From contig CP075492.1 in NCBI GenBank assembly GCA_021613535.1, positions 20,026,001 through 20,090,000 on the forward strand: a stretch of 64,000 nucleotides of DNA. Direction: 5' to 3'. This stretch comes from Adineta vaga. Its lineage: Eukaryota; Animalia; Rotifera. Within the stretch, counting starts at the first letter, position 1, and the number at the start of each line of letters is the position of its first letter. The translations under genes and the position numbers were made by a program. Shown piece by piece: positions 25,170 to 38,117 of this stretch. Under the pieces are notes generated by a model that had not been told where the DNA came from, searched no databases, and saw only the letters and a list, made by a program, of their open reading frames with translations.

Positions 25170-25335
25170 TTTTTTTGTTATTTCAAATTCCATTTTGATT
25201 TGACGATGGTAGTTAGTTAGCTTTAATACATGACCATACAGAGAGATATCTTAAGATATTCCTCTGTATAGTTATGTATCTGAGGTAACTAACTACTATC
25301 TTGGAATCGAAATGGAATTTGAAATAACAAAGAAA
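25170..25335. repeat. About 165-bp imperfect spacerless palindrome (MITE-like hairpin)
   Basis: Arms TTTGTTATTTCAAATTCCATTT...ATATCTT and AAGATAT...AAATGGAATTTGAAATAACAAA, centre 25252/25253. Confidence 0.85.
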
Positions 25336-26404
25336 TTTTGGTTTCAATACTATATATGAGTACATAGAATATATATTTCTAGTTTGTTCATCAATGGCTC
25401 ACAGTATATAGCTGAAACTTTCAAGGTAGGTGTCGCATTTATTTCGGCTACGAGGAAATATAAAAACATTTTAGAACCTTTTCTTTTTGTTGGAAATAAC
25501 CCAAAGAATTGTTTTAATCGACACTAAATTAAATCAATAATAAATCATGCTTACTTTAAATCAATAAAAAATTAAATCCTGAACAGAAAACAAACATTTC
25601 CTTTTCATTAATTATACTTACAATAAAAAAAAACTAACTAACATCTGTTCTTTTTTTTTCTTCATTATACTTCATAGAAAAAATAACAACAATACATTTT
25701 ATCATATTAATATCAACATAGGTCTTTAGATCCTGCAGAAAAAAAGAACTTGTTTTTTAGAAATATTCTAAATGTGTTTTAGTTATAATGAATAGAATAC
25801 AAGTTGTGCAAGGAAATTTTTTATGAAGACAACAACTAACTTTGAGTGTTTTTTTATCCTTTTAGTTTCAATCAAATGAATCAAATCCATTAGAAACATC
25901 GACTTCTCACTTAAGAATATTGTATGAATTGATATAATTATTCTTAGTTTATCTTTTCTTTTTCTTTGTAGATGTGAATATGTTCGAAGAAAACTGATAA
26001 AGATTTTGTTAATTACAATTATTTCTGTAATAATCTTAGTTATAAGTGTTATTCTAACGGTTATTGTAGCAAAAAAACAATCAGATATACTTATAACACC
26101 AACAAGAATAACTACGAGTACAACAATAACAAAAAGTAAAGTTCTGTAGAATAGATAAATAAGAAAATATGTGATTATAGTTTATCTTTTCATAATTATA
26201 TGAGTGAGGAAATGGGGAGTAATCTGTATATCTCTAAGTTTTAATATATATATATATCAGTCAGTCAATGTTTATCTGCCTTCTATGACAAATGTAAGAT
26301 CAAGTAGATCATGAGTGATAACCATATCTTCACATATAGTATATTTAAGCAGATTGGCATAATTCAAAGATTCATAGTTTGTATTTACATGTATATATAT
26401 TTAG

Positions 26405-27267
26405 GAACAATAAAGATGAGAGAAATGCATATACCACGACGACATCACACGGCAACATCGCTCACAAATGGCCAAATATTAGTTACAGGTGGACATTATT
26501 TTAGTTCAATTTTGGGTGGGTGTGAATTATATGATCCATTGACAGACCGATGGACACTCGTTGCTAACATGTCTGTTGAAAGAGAATATCATACTGCATC
26601 TATGTTAGAGAATGGATTAGTTTTAATTATTGGTGGACGGAGTTCTTCGAATATATAACACGCTAGTGCTGAATTATACTATACATTTCCGAACCAATGG
26701 ATAACTACAGGAAATATGAAATATCCACGAGCTCATCACACAGCTACTCTATTGCATGATGGAAAAGTATTAGTGACTGGTGGCAGCAATAATGATGATG
26801 TTTGGCTAAGAACTGCTGAGTTATATGATCCAATTAAAGGTACTTGGAGTTTGGTAGAAGATATGCACTTTAAACGTTTAGCTCATACAGCATCTCTATT
26901 ATCAGGTGGAAAGGTGTTAGTGGTTGGTGGAAATCATTATGTATTCGAAGCTTCGATTTCTAGCGGTAGTGAATTACATAATCCTATAACAGATAAATGG
27001 TCAGTAACAGGTTACATGAAGAATGCACGAAGGCATCATAGAACAATCGTATTAATGAATGGAAGCGTTTTAGTTATTGGTGGTTCAGATGGCTTGCTAG
27101 ATGTATTAAATAGTACTGAATTATATGATCCATTAACTGGTATTTGGTCAATTGCTCGCACGATGAAAAAACCACGTATGGATCATACAGCATCGATATT
27201 AATGAATAGAAGTGTGTTAGTTATTGGTGGAACAAATTCCAAATATAACACTATAGAAATCTATTAA
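26405..27267 (+). pseudogene. Kelch-repeat protein gene with one nonsense codon
   Basis: Six R..HTA..L.NG.VL..GG repeats, most followed by an ELY(DP)-like motif. In-frame TAA at 26656-26658. A probable TM-coding upstream exon lies at about 25980-26135. Confidence 0.85.
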
Positions 27268-27621
27268 TTATTGATAACATCGAACTATCATATAATCGAT
27301 AAGCAATGGAAATCAAATCGTTTGTTTTTCTACTTAAATCGATGTCATTGGTGTCTTAATGATAATGTTGATTGAATACCAATCGATAAGAAAAGTTAAT
27401 AAAAAGTAATTCTAAATATTTCATAAGAATATTTTGATTTTTAATTTAAAAGGATATCATAATGTGTTCTTATACAATAGAGTCTAGTGTAATGATGACC
27501 AATATCTCAAAATAGTTTTCTAATCATTTAATTCGACGAAGATGCATATGTATCATATCGATCAGTATTATTTCACATTAATCTTATAATAGAAAGTCTA
27601 ATTATATGAGATTATTTCGTT

Positions 27622-27676
27622 AGAGTGAGTGTATGGGTGTGGATTAGAAGTAAAGCCTCACTTACATCCACACCAC
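27622..27676. repeat. Degenerate inverted telomere-like palindrome
   Basis: AGAGTGAGTGTATGGGTGTGG...CTCACTTACATCCACACCAC. Confidence 0.7.
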
Positions 27677-27939
27677 ATTTCGCCTTTTTTCTTCTTGTTG
27701 TCATGAATTACATGATGCACTTGCAAACAATGATTCGATATGATGTCAGTTTAAATGAATTGTTTTGGAAAATTTTTCGAATATTCATGACAAACAAAAT
27801 ATCAAAATTCAAGAGAAATATAATCGGTTCATTGTCGTAAAATAAGTCTCTTACTTCGAAAACGAGAAAACATTCAATTCAATTTTCGTACTGTTTCTCC
27901 ACTTTATGGATAAGGATATTATTCATCATATGTACTAGA

Positions 27940-30900
27940 CAGAGGTGAGCACAGGACAACATTTTTCATCCTGTCCTGCCTGCCGCTCCGCCACCACCCG
28001 TCCTGTGGTGCGGGCAGGACAGGACGAAAATTGGTCCCTCGCCTGCAGGACAGGACAGGCGCAGGACAGGACAGGACAGGTTTTTGGCAGGACACTCATG
28101 AATATTTTTAGTTAAAGAAGACATTGAATTTATCATGCATTCTTTTTACAACTCATCCCTGGATTATGAATATTACATCTATTTTTTTAATACGATGAGT
28201 TAAATAAATAAACACAAAAAAAAGAATGAACAACTATTGGAATAAACACGTATTATGAAAAAAAAGATATTATAGAAGACTCGAAGTGAAAATGACGTAA
28301 CATTACGTATAAATAACTATTAGTATCAATGATATAAAATACAGGAGATATTAAGCCTATGTCTTTTAAGAACATATAAATACAAATAATGAAAGTTCTT
28401 GTTCACAAATAAGACAATCATTGTTCAAATAAATGTTCGTATTTTCTCATTGATCTAATTAGTAAAATGTTGTCCAATTGTTCAGGATTCAAACTCGTTC
28501 TTCTTTCTTGTATAATTAAACCTGCTCCTGAAAATTGTCTTTCTACACTTGTAGAAGTAGCTGGTATTGAAAAAATACGACGAGCTAAACGAGCTAAACG
28601 AGGAAACTTCTCGTATTGATCAGTCCAGAACTTTAATGGATTGGATGATAATTTGAGTTTTTCTAACTCGAAATTCAAATAACGATCAAGTTCATCCGAT
28701 TTTTTTGATGAGATTGGATATTCTTCACTTTCATTGCCAGATTCACCTCCATCTTCTCGTCGAACATCAGATCCATCGGATTCAAATCGACGAAACAAAT
28801 CACCTTTAAACTTCTTTGTTGTAGGTTCTTGTGCTTCTATATGATTTGATTCAGTTGATTCAATATGGATTAGCTGCATTTGTTGACGCACATATCTGTA
28901 ACATTCAGCACGTTCAGTATAAGAGCAGGCTTTTAATGAACGATATTTGGGATTTAATAACGTAGCAGCATAATGTCTGATATCAAGTTCAAACATTTCG
29001 TCCAATAAACCTCTCATTCGATTAAGAAAAAATTTTATACCTAGAGCACAAAAAATATTTATTGATATAATAGTTCGTCCCTTACATACCTTCTAATTCT
29101 TCGAATAACTCGTCGTCTATCTCATTTGGTTCTTGTTCGGATTCATGTTCACCATTATTTTCGTGATAATTCACTAATGAATCGAATGATTTTAATACAT
29201 CTCCTAATGTTTGTGTACATAGCAAGACTAAATGTAAAGATGGTGAATTACCAGTTTGAATTATTTTCATTACATCCTGAAATGGTTGTAACAATAGCAT
29301 AATTTGTTTGATTTTCTTCTCATCGACGTTGATGAATAGCTTCTGTTGCTGTTTATTGATCAAAATTTTCTTCATAATCTTATACGATTTCAATATTGAT
29401 TTCAATGAATTCATGATTGATAACCAACGGACATCAATTGCTTGATGTACTGTTGATCCACCATTATTTTCGATCTCATTGTTCAAACCAGACTAAAAAG
29501 ATTAAAAATTCTTTTTTTTATTCGAGTAAACATTAGAAAATCATTATATCAACTTTTTTAATATATTTAACAATTTTTTTACATTGTTCCAATGTAGAAA
29601 GCACATATTTTGCTTCAACTGGAATATCATTAATTGACACACTTCGTAATGATTGTTTATTGATCGCTACTAATGTTGACGTATTTGTTTTTCTCTTTTT
29701 TATAACCGGAATTGATGATAATGGTAAAATATATTCTTCATCATCATCGGATGATTCTTCACTTGAAAAAATACTTTTTTGTTCTTTTAGAATTGAATCA
29801 TTATTTGATGTTGTTGTTACTATTGTTGTTGTTACTGTCGTTGATGCTGATAAACCAGATTGATTTTTCTTCTTCTTTTGGTGATGAAAGAATGTTGTTT
29901 TTAATACGTTGTTCAAACGATGACCGAAACAGAAAATAGGACTATATGGTTCAAAAGCTTTGACAAAATTTGAACCTCGATCAGATATTATGTTCACCAT
30001 AGCTAAATTATTAATACCAAATTCACTTAAATGAGATTCAAGGGCCTATAAAGTCAAAATCGAAAATACGATGTATTGAAAGAGTAATCTTACTTTTACA
30101 ACTAAATCAGCTGATTTAATACCAAGAAAAGGTCGACAGAATAAATCTATTGAATAAAATCGATATTGAGCATCAACAAAACATATATTCAGTCCTAAAT
30201 AGGCAATATTTTTGTACGGATCTGTCCAAAAATCTGGACATATAGTCACGGAACGATGTTGAAGTGGTTCACGTAGTTTATGTTTTATACATTCTCTAAG
30301 ACAATCTGCAAGATGATACACATTTCGAGATAAAGTGTGACGGCTTCGTAAAACATTATCGATATCAATTACACCATATTTGTGTCCTGAAAATCAATTC
30401 AAAACACTATTGATTTTGGTTCAATAAAAATAAGATAAAGTAACATACCAATTCGAATTAGTTCTTGAGCTATACTACGAAATCCTGAATCTTCTATGAT
30501 TGAAAATGGACGAAGATCTGTGCTGATCCACTGAGTACATAATAGCTTCATATGTTCAGCATCCTTTTCACTTAATTTTTTCGACTTTAGGAATCCATGT
30601 TGAGTAAGAATACTTTGTGCCGACGATGATGAAGAAGAATGATCAATTTCAATGGAAGAAGCTAATGGTAATGATGACAATCCACCAACTGATCTACATT
30701 TCATTTCATGAGCTTTTAAACGAGTTGTTCCACTTTTTGAAGAATAATTGAACGTTTGATAACACTTGAAACAACTAACATGTCCGACAATTCGTTGATA
30801 TTCATTATTTTCATCTAATTTAGCAGGAAATCCAAATGTATTCCACCAGGTTGCTCCAGACGATGATTCGTTTTTTACTACTTTGTAAAGTTTATCATCC

Positions 30901-31451
30901 GATCGAAGTAATTGTTTAACTTTTTCCGAATTCAACAGAAAGTCACTTGATGAAGAAATATCTGTTATATCCATAATTCACTATTATGAATTTTGTATAA
31001 ATCTGAAGAAAAAACATTCGAAATACTACAAAGAAACACTTGTATAGACGGAGAGAAATAGTCGACATTGACTCTTATCTGTACATATTCAATATTTAAC
31101 ATATAAGAAGTTTGTTCGTTTCTGTACATGATGCAACACTCGTGTGTGTATCGACGAATCGTACCTACACAATAATTGACTGTCTTTTAGTGACCTCTGG
31201 GGTAGAAATAGAAAGACTGGTCGTCATGAATTACCAGAACTTATGTAAAAGCGTTAAAGTTAAATTTATAAAAATTTATCATACCGCACGGCAGGACGAG
31301 GTGATTCATCCTGTCCTGCCTGCCGCTTCGCTACATCCGTCCTGCAGAGCGGACAGGACAGGACAAAAATTGAGCTCCTCGCCTGCAGGACAGGACAGGA
31401 CAGGACAGGAGGGCAGGATTCGCCGCACATCCTGTCCTGTGCTCAGCTCTG
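27940..31451 (-). mobile_element. hAT DNA transposon
   Basis: 19-bp TIR CAGAG(G/C)TGAGCACAGGACA. 8-bp TSD GTACTAGA at 27932-27939 and 31452-31459. Subterminal CAGGA repeats at both ends. Confidence 0.95.
28418..30974 (-). CDS. hAT transposase, 5 exons
   Basis: BED finger (CFKC...GTTRLKAH), CPDFWTD, SDRGSN, CFGHRLN, DVRW and IPATSTSVERQFS motifs. Four short GT-AG introns, for example 30448-30387. Confidence 0.9.
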
Positions 31452-31462
31452 GTACTAGACAA

Positions 31463-34252
31463 GCAGCAAAATGGTCAAAGTTTAGGTGCAAGTTAGATCA
31501 ACAACTGATGCTGTGGAAAAATGATCATCATTTAGATTCAACAGCAGACATAGAAGAATATACATCATTCATTACCACTAGTATACTAGAAGCAACAAAA
31601 GAAGCCGTTCCACAAACAAAGCAGATGATCCGAACGTATACACCAAGTGAAGTATCGATAAGCCTGATAAAACAAAAACATCAAGCATATCGAAAATGGA
31701 AGAAGACTGGAAACAACTTAGATAAACATCTATATTACAATTCCAAAGTCTTGCTTACAAATTCACTTAGAAACGACAGAAGAAATAACTTCAACAAGTT
31801 AATGTCATCTTTATGCCATAAGAAAATGTATTCGGACAAAGTTTGGCTGACGGTGCGCAAGTTCCACAACAAAAGGATCAAGCAAACCTACGCCAACATC
31901 ATGAAATACAACAATACAACTGCAACATCAGACAAGGAGAAAGCAGACTTATTTGCAGATTACTTCGAAAATGAAGTCTACTCTCACACTGCTGATACGT
32001 TGCCACTTCATGATCAAGTAACACGCCAAGCAAACAAAGTCAAAAGTAAAACTATAACCTCTTCAAACACACCAAAGTGGAAGCAAATCAAAGAAAAAGA
32101 AGTCAAAAATCATATAAGACAACTTAGAAATAGCTCCACTGGTCCAGACAACATTCATAACCGATGTTTGAAGAATCATTCAAAATTACTGGTACAGCAT
32201 CTAACAAATGTTTAATGCAATTTTGAAACAAGGCTATATTCCAGCAATGTGGAAAAAGGCTAATATTATTCTTCTATTAAAGCCAAAGAAAGACAAACAA
32301 CAACCGTCTAGCTATCGACCGATTAGTCTCCTTAGTTGCTTAGGCAAACTATTGGAGAAAATAATCAAACAACGTTTAATGCTCGAACTTGAACGACGAA
32401 ACATCTTACCACAACATCAAGCCGGATTTAGACCAGGTAAAAGCACTATATACAACATCGTGCGATTAGAAAGATACGCTGCAGGACAACTTAGACGACC
32501 ACGTCGACGACGTCACTCAGCTGTCATTCTTTTCGACATCAAAGCCGCATTTGATTCGGTATGGCACGATGGTTTGATATACAAGCTTAATGATCTACGT
32601 CTTCCCTGTTTCATCATCAACTATCTGATCTCATTCTTAAGCAATAGAACGGCTGCAATTGAAATCGAAAATATATTATCACGTCCGTTTAATCTGAAGA
32701 GCGGTACACCACAAGGATCTCCGTTATCACCATTACTTTATATTATGTATACGGCAGATTCGATGAATGGAATACCAACTCATACAGAACATGGGTTGTT
32801 CGCCGACGACACTGCATTATGGACATCTGGCAACACCTTAACAAATCTTAACACCAGATTACAACAATCCATAGATGCATTCGAAAGTTGGTGCAAGTCA
32901 TGGAAATTAAAACTTCAACCAACTAAGACAGAGCTGATACACTTCAGCATACATCCAAGAAAACACTACAAGAATCCAGTGAAAGTTAAAGTTGAAGACA
33001 CCATCATCAAACCACTGGACTCCACACGTTACTTGGGTGTAATTATAGATAAAAGATTAAAATGGCGAGCACATCTCGAACATATTGAAAGCAAGATTGC
33101 TCCTCGGATCGGTCTACTTCGATATCTTTCGAGAACAGCATATGAACCCAACAACAAGACGATGATAAATATTTTCAAATCAATTGTACGCACAGTTATC
33201 ATTTATGGACATCCTATTCTCCTTACTGCTGATCAAAAAGTATGGAACCGTTTACAAATCATGCAGAATAAAGCAATTAGAGCTGCACTCGGACTACCCA
33301 TATATACATCTGTCAAATATATCCACAAGATCAGCAACATTCCAAAAATCAAAGATTATGCAATAGGACTACTTAAACATACACTTCAAAAGGCAACAAC
33401 AAACAACGACATTACACTGAAGAATCATCTACAATGCATCTTAGACAAAATTTAAAAAAAGAAATCACCAACCATTACATATAATAGTAACATCGAGAGA
33501 ATAGACTATTCTTGTGTCAGTCGAATCGATGTAAAAAACGATATATCGCAATCAAATATACTATTCAGCTACTTCGTTTAACTCGTTCTTATACAAAATA
33601 AGAAGTCGATTCAATCTATATGCTGTATCGTTCTTTCGTTCTATTCAGTTATTTATTGATCGCATTCTTATATATAATATAACATCGAGCCAATCTTTAA
33701 ACCGATCCATGTATACAGCAAATTCTTTTACTCGTTCTTATATACAATATGATATCGAGTCAACGTCTTTGCTGATCCCTACAATATCCAGTAAATTCTT
33801 TGCTCGTTCTTATATACAATATGATATCGAGTCAACGTCTTGGCTGATCCTTACAATATCCAGTAAATTCTTTGCTCGTTCTTATATGCAATATGAAATC
33901 GAGTCAATATATTTGCTGATTTAAAACATGTCACATACAATCCAGCTTCTTTTCTCTTCCTCTCCAATCTATCCATATAGTACCACTATATCTTCTGTTT
34001 TCTGTTTTCTTTTCCTTTTTCTTCTACCACATATGTAAGACTTTACACACGTCCCTCCATCTACACTCACTATTGGCATATAAAATTTTTCTCGTTCTTA
34101 TTACTATTTCACGGACAAAAGACATATGTCATGTGTCCTTTTTTCTTCTCTACTCCAGCTTATGTAGAAGTACAATACCATCCGTTGACTTTATGTTACA
34201 GTGTTATCTTTTTTACAATAAAGCTTTGTTACCAAAAAAAAAAAAAAAAAAA
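31463..34252 (+). mobile_element. 5'-truncated non-LTR retrotransposon (Jockey/I-like)
   Basis: RT motifs YRPISLLS, QAGFR, FDIKAAFD, GTPQGS, FADD and YLGV; frameshift at about 32210. AATAAA at 34217, A19 tail at 34234-34252, TSD TGTACTAGACAA. Confidence 0.92.
33580..33920 (+). repeat. 72-bp tandem repeat in the LINE 3' UTR
   Basis: CTCGTTCTTATAT recurs at 33731, 33803 and 33875, with degenerate copies near 33659 and 33582. Confidence 0.85.
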
Positions 34253-34681
34253 TGTACTAGACAATGTTAATAGAAAATCTTTATGATAAAAAGATCGATA
34301 AAAAACAATAGAATTGTTTCAAAAAAGAGAAAGAGGGACGAGTACGTATTTTACATAGATGTTGTTTTACTAAGAAAATTCTTTGAGAAAAGTTTCACGA
34401 TTATACGATGTTGACTCATCAGGGAATAATACAAATGAATCATACGTCGATTGAGTTGATCAGAAAATATATTGACTTTCACAGACATATTTGATAGAAG
34501 AAATTGATATTCATAGGTTTTTTCCTCTAACACATCACCATGCGCAAAAAGAAACATGAAATTCTCCTTCTTCAAACACTATTCTCGATAAAAAAAATGT
34601 TTACGATGTAGAGAACAGCAAAAACAACTTTCAACGGCATCATCGCCGTATATAAAGAAAGAAAAATGTGTTTTTTTCTTA

Positions 34682-35524
34682 ATGGCGTCAAATAACATTC
34701 GAAAGTGTAGTTATGCGGATAGTGGTATCAGTGAAAGCACAACTGTTAAATGGGTTAATCCACGTTATGCATGTTATTGGTTAGAAAGTTGTCAAGGTCA
34801 ACATGAATTAGATGATTGTGAATATCAACGAAGAGAACGGAGCGGTAAATTAGGAATATATTATAGTTCAAATGCAGAATATCGTCGATTTCTTCGTGAT
34901 GAAATAAATTATAAAGATTTATCAACGAATCCAACTGGATGCACAATGGTTCTTCTATTGATTTATAAGATTGAGAATAATACAACATGGATATTATTTG
35001 TAACGAAGTTTCTCAAAGAAAAACGACACAAATATGAAACAGAATCGACTCGACAGTCCTTATTAGCATTTCCATCTTCAAATCCATGTAAGAAGGGCGA
35101 AGATCACACTGAAGTAGCATTGAGAGCATTACAAACTATTACAGATAGACAAGAGATTCTTGATAATTATCAGTTACGTCTAAAACGATTCTTATTTGTT
35201 GACGCCATTAGTATCTATCCATTTCTTGTAACTTCAGAACAGGCAAAGCTGTTAATGAGAAAATATTCTCAAAATGAAGAGGTTCATTCTCTTCATTGGT
35301 TTTCTTTACCTGAAATTCTCAATCAATTACCTGAATGGCCAAATTATTTAACTAAAGAAGCACATGGAGAAGCATTAGCACAGATAAAACATGTTCAACA
35401 TCCTACTATTCAATTAAAACGAGATATTGATGGGAAAATATTTACATTGTGGTCAGTAACAACGAATGTTTTAATGTGCATTCGAAATCATGTAGGTTTT
35501 CACGAATTTCTTTCATCTTTATGA
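34682..35524 (+). CDS. Hypothetical protein, possibly a degenerate Nudix fold
   Basis: 280-aa ORF. WILFV...LAFPS...KGEDHTEVALRAL...EEVHSLHWF resembles the Nudix layout without the canonical glutamates. Confidence 0.55.
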   Translation: MASNNIRKCSYADSGISESTTVKWVNPRYACYWLESCQGQHELDDCEYQRRERSGKLGIYYSSNAEYRRFLRDEINYKDLSTNPTGCTMVLLLIYKIENNTTWILFVTKFLKEKRHKYETESTRQSLLAFPSSNPCKKGEDHTEVALRALQTITDRQEILDNYQLRLKRFLFVDAISIYPFLVTSEQAKLLMRKYSQNEEVHSLHWFSLPEILNQLPEWPNYLTKEAHGEALAQIKHVQHPTIQLKRDIDGKIFTLWSVTTNVLMCIRNHVGFHEFLSSL

Positions 35525-36429
35525 TCATTGATTATTGACGAATGTTTTAAATAAATTTATCCGTAAATGATACTAGCGGGGATGCCCGGCGGTCATTAAG
35601 AAATTTTTACATTGAAAACTCTATAGAAGATATAAATAGCAATATACTTAACATTTCTTTGTTTACAGTCCCTAGATATTCCGCCGTGTCCCATCGGAAA
35701 CCACAATATCGACTATGTTTCTGTATAAAGAAGAACTACCAGAGTGTATTTTTTTCCAAATTGATCAAATTTGCTCCTTCTGCTGGGATTTATTCTCAAT
35801 TTCAGACCCTTGTCATGAACCTTACTTTCACCTTTTTCAATCGTATGTAAAGAATAGAGTAAAAAATTGTATATTCGGATTTAGCATGATGAGTTACACT
35901 CGTCACTGTCTAGGTCGCGAGAAGGTACTTTTGTATATAACCAAAAAAATGTCTCTTTCTTTTCTCTATCATTCATTGTTCTATAAATGAACAACAGTTA
36001 AACAATATTCAGTAATAATATCATCCAAATTCTTTATTTTTTTTCTATTGATAATTTTTAGTAGACTTTTATCAACTAATAATGATCGTGTTTAGTCGTA
36101 TTGATAAAAGAAAACAATATTTAATGTATCATGAATAGAGTCAAGTAATGCTTATCATCCACACTCTCCTTACCCTCATCCTCGAAATATCGAATAAGGA
36201 TCATTAGAAAGAGCATATAATATTGAACTTCGTTATTTAATGCTTAGAAACAAAATAAAATATCCTTCGATTATAGCATAAGAAAAAAAACTAGATCGAT
36301 AATGTTAAATGATAAAATATTCCCTTTGTTGTATGATGAATAATCATAGAGATAGATTATATTTCAAAGAAATAGAATAAAAGAATCTACATGAATGACA
36401 ACGGAAATAAATCTTTCTTTTTACTGTTC

Positions 36430-37055
36430 TTCTTGATGATTTAATAAATTGAAGCAGAAAATGACGTTTGACAATATTTAGATGAAGGTGCAGATAAAGT
36501 TCAACTTGATTTTGCTAAAGCTCGATTATCATTAAAAATGGATCTAACTGAAAATTTACTTGAACAATTTATTGAAATTAATAATCGAGTGTTAGATCGA
36601 TTTAATGATGATGAAAAAAGAAATTAGATGTACACATTTACTGAATTTTATTTTATTTTAAGTAATGATAGAGAAAGTACTCATTCATTAAATTTTGATT
36701 ATGGAAGAATTATTAAAAGAAGTATTTCAATTAAATTTAAATAATTTTTATTTAGAAATGACAACTGAAAAAGATCTAGAAATAATTCTTTCTCTCATTG
36801 AACAACTTCTTAAACCTCATCATCATGTGTTTATTGGTGTTATTAATCCAAGAAATTGATGTGTTGAAATACCAATAAAAGTACGAGATCGAGTTCTTCA
36901 AGCAACAAAATATATTCCTTTTGAACAATTAGGTACAACAGGTGATTGTGATTTTACTCCATATAGGGATAATGAATCAATTACGATAGAGAAAAATGTT
37001 ATGAAAAGAATCGTGCAAGATGTGAAGGAATAAAATTAGCAAAAGAAATACTTAA
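36430..37055 (+). pseudogene. Cobalamin-independent methionine synthase (short MetE-like) relic
   Basis: Manual translation gives LDEGADKVQLDF..ARLSLK, NNRVLDRF, STHS..DY, VFIGVINP and VRDRVLQATKYIPFEQLGTT.DC. Several stops and frameshifts; absent from the ORF track. Confidence 0.75.
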
Positions 37056-38117
37056 TCTATCATCAAAACGTATTCGTTGAAATTTAAACTTACAAATGGA
37101 TTTTTTATTGAAGTTGTTTTAGAGTTTTTTCAAATATAGTTGAATGTTGACAAAAAATGTCTTCCTATTAGATATAATAAATCTATTCTAAACCTGCAAT
37201 TTCACTATATTTATCACAACTAACTTGAGCAGTAAAAGAATTATGATTAGTCAAATAGTTGTATTTTTTATAAATAAAACTGATATGAACAGTACCACTG
37301 ACAAGTTGGAGTTTTTATCTGAATTATAAGAGGGATTTTGAGTGTTAGTGTTGTGAGAGTTGGTTTTTCTTAAATACTTGAACAGGGGCGTACTTAGTGG
37401 GGCGTAACGCCTCCCTGCTTTTGAAATTTATTGGTGTTACGCCATATGCTTTTTAAATTAATGATGTAGCGTTCGGAGGTGTCCCGAGCGAGTTAGGTCT
37501 GAGAGTCATCTTCCAAATTTTTAACATTTCTTTTTTCTGCTCTATAATTTACAATTGTTTTTAAAAAGTTTTTAAAAATATTTCAATACTCATATTATCT
37601 ACTGCAAAATATTTTCAACTATTTAAATTTAGATTCTTCAAAATTAAAATCAATTACTTTATTTAATAAATATAATTGAATAATAATTTTAAATGTTTAT
37701 TAAAATATATTCATCAGATTTATATTTGACCTAAATACAGTACAAGTTACAGCAAATTGTTTTATCGAATTTAATTAATTATTGAACTCGTCAATTAAGG
37801 ATCAAACAATTTATAAATTATGCTTATCACTTTCGACATAAATTTCCTTGATAAATTCTTCAAATCAGAATTTCTTAAAAGACAAAATTAATGATATTTG
37901 AAAAAGTTTCACAAAAATTACGAAAATCATCAGGAGAACAATCATTGACTTAAGAAAAGAGCATTCTGCACGTGTTTAACTTAAATTGTATGCATAAGAT
38001 ATCGTTATCTTAATATCATTTCACCGTGCATTTTGAGGGTGATGATTACACTAGCTCACATATAAGTTGTTCTCTTGTTCTTTTTTTTCCGCACATTTCT
38101 GATTATAAATCGGTACG

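Noticed and set aside
421-26658. Stop-codon reassignment to explain in-frame TAA/TGA
   Set aside because: Intact genes here terminate on TAA, TAG and TGA and use TGG for Trp, and the interrupted genes often carry other lesions.
31112-31462. N-terminal part of the 367-aa ORF as LINE protein
   Set aside because: It is read-through from the hAT terminus; LINE sequence starts after the TSD at 31463.
32208-33455. RT as a telomere-associated Penelope/Athena enzyme generating the palindromes
   Set aside because: The motifs, poly(A) tail and TSD are those of an ordinary LINE, and no telomeric repeats adjoin it.
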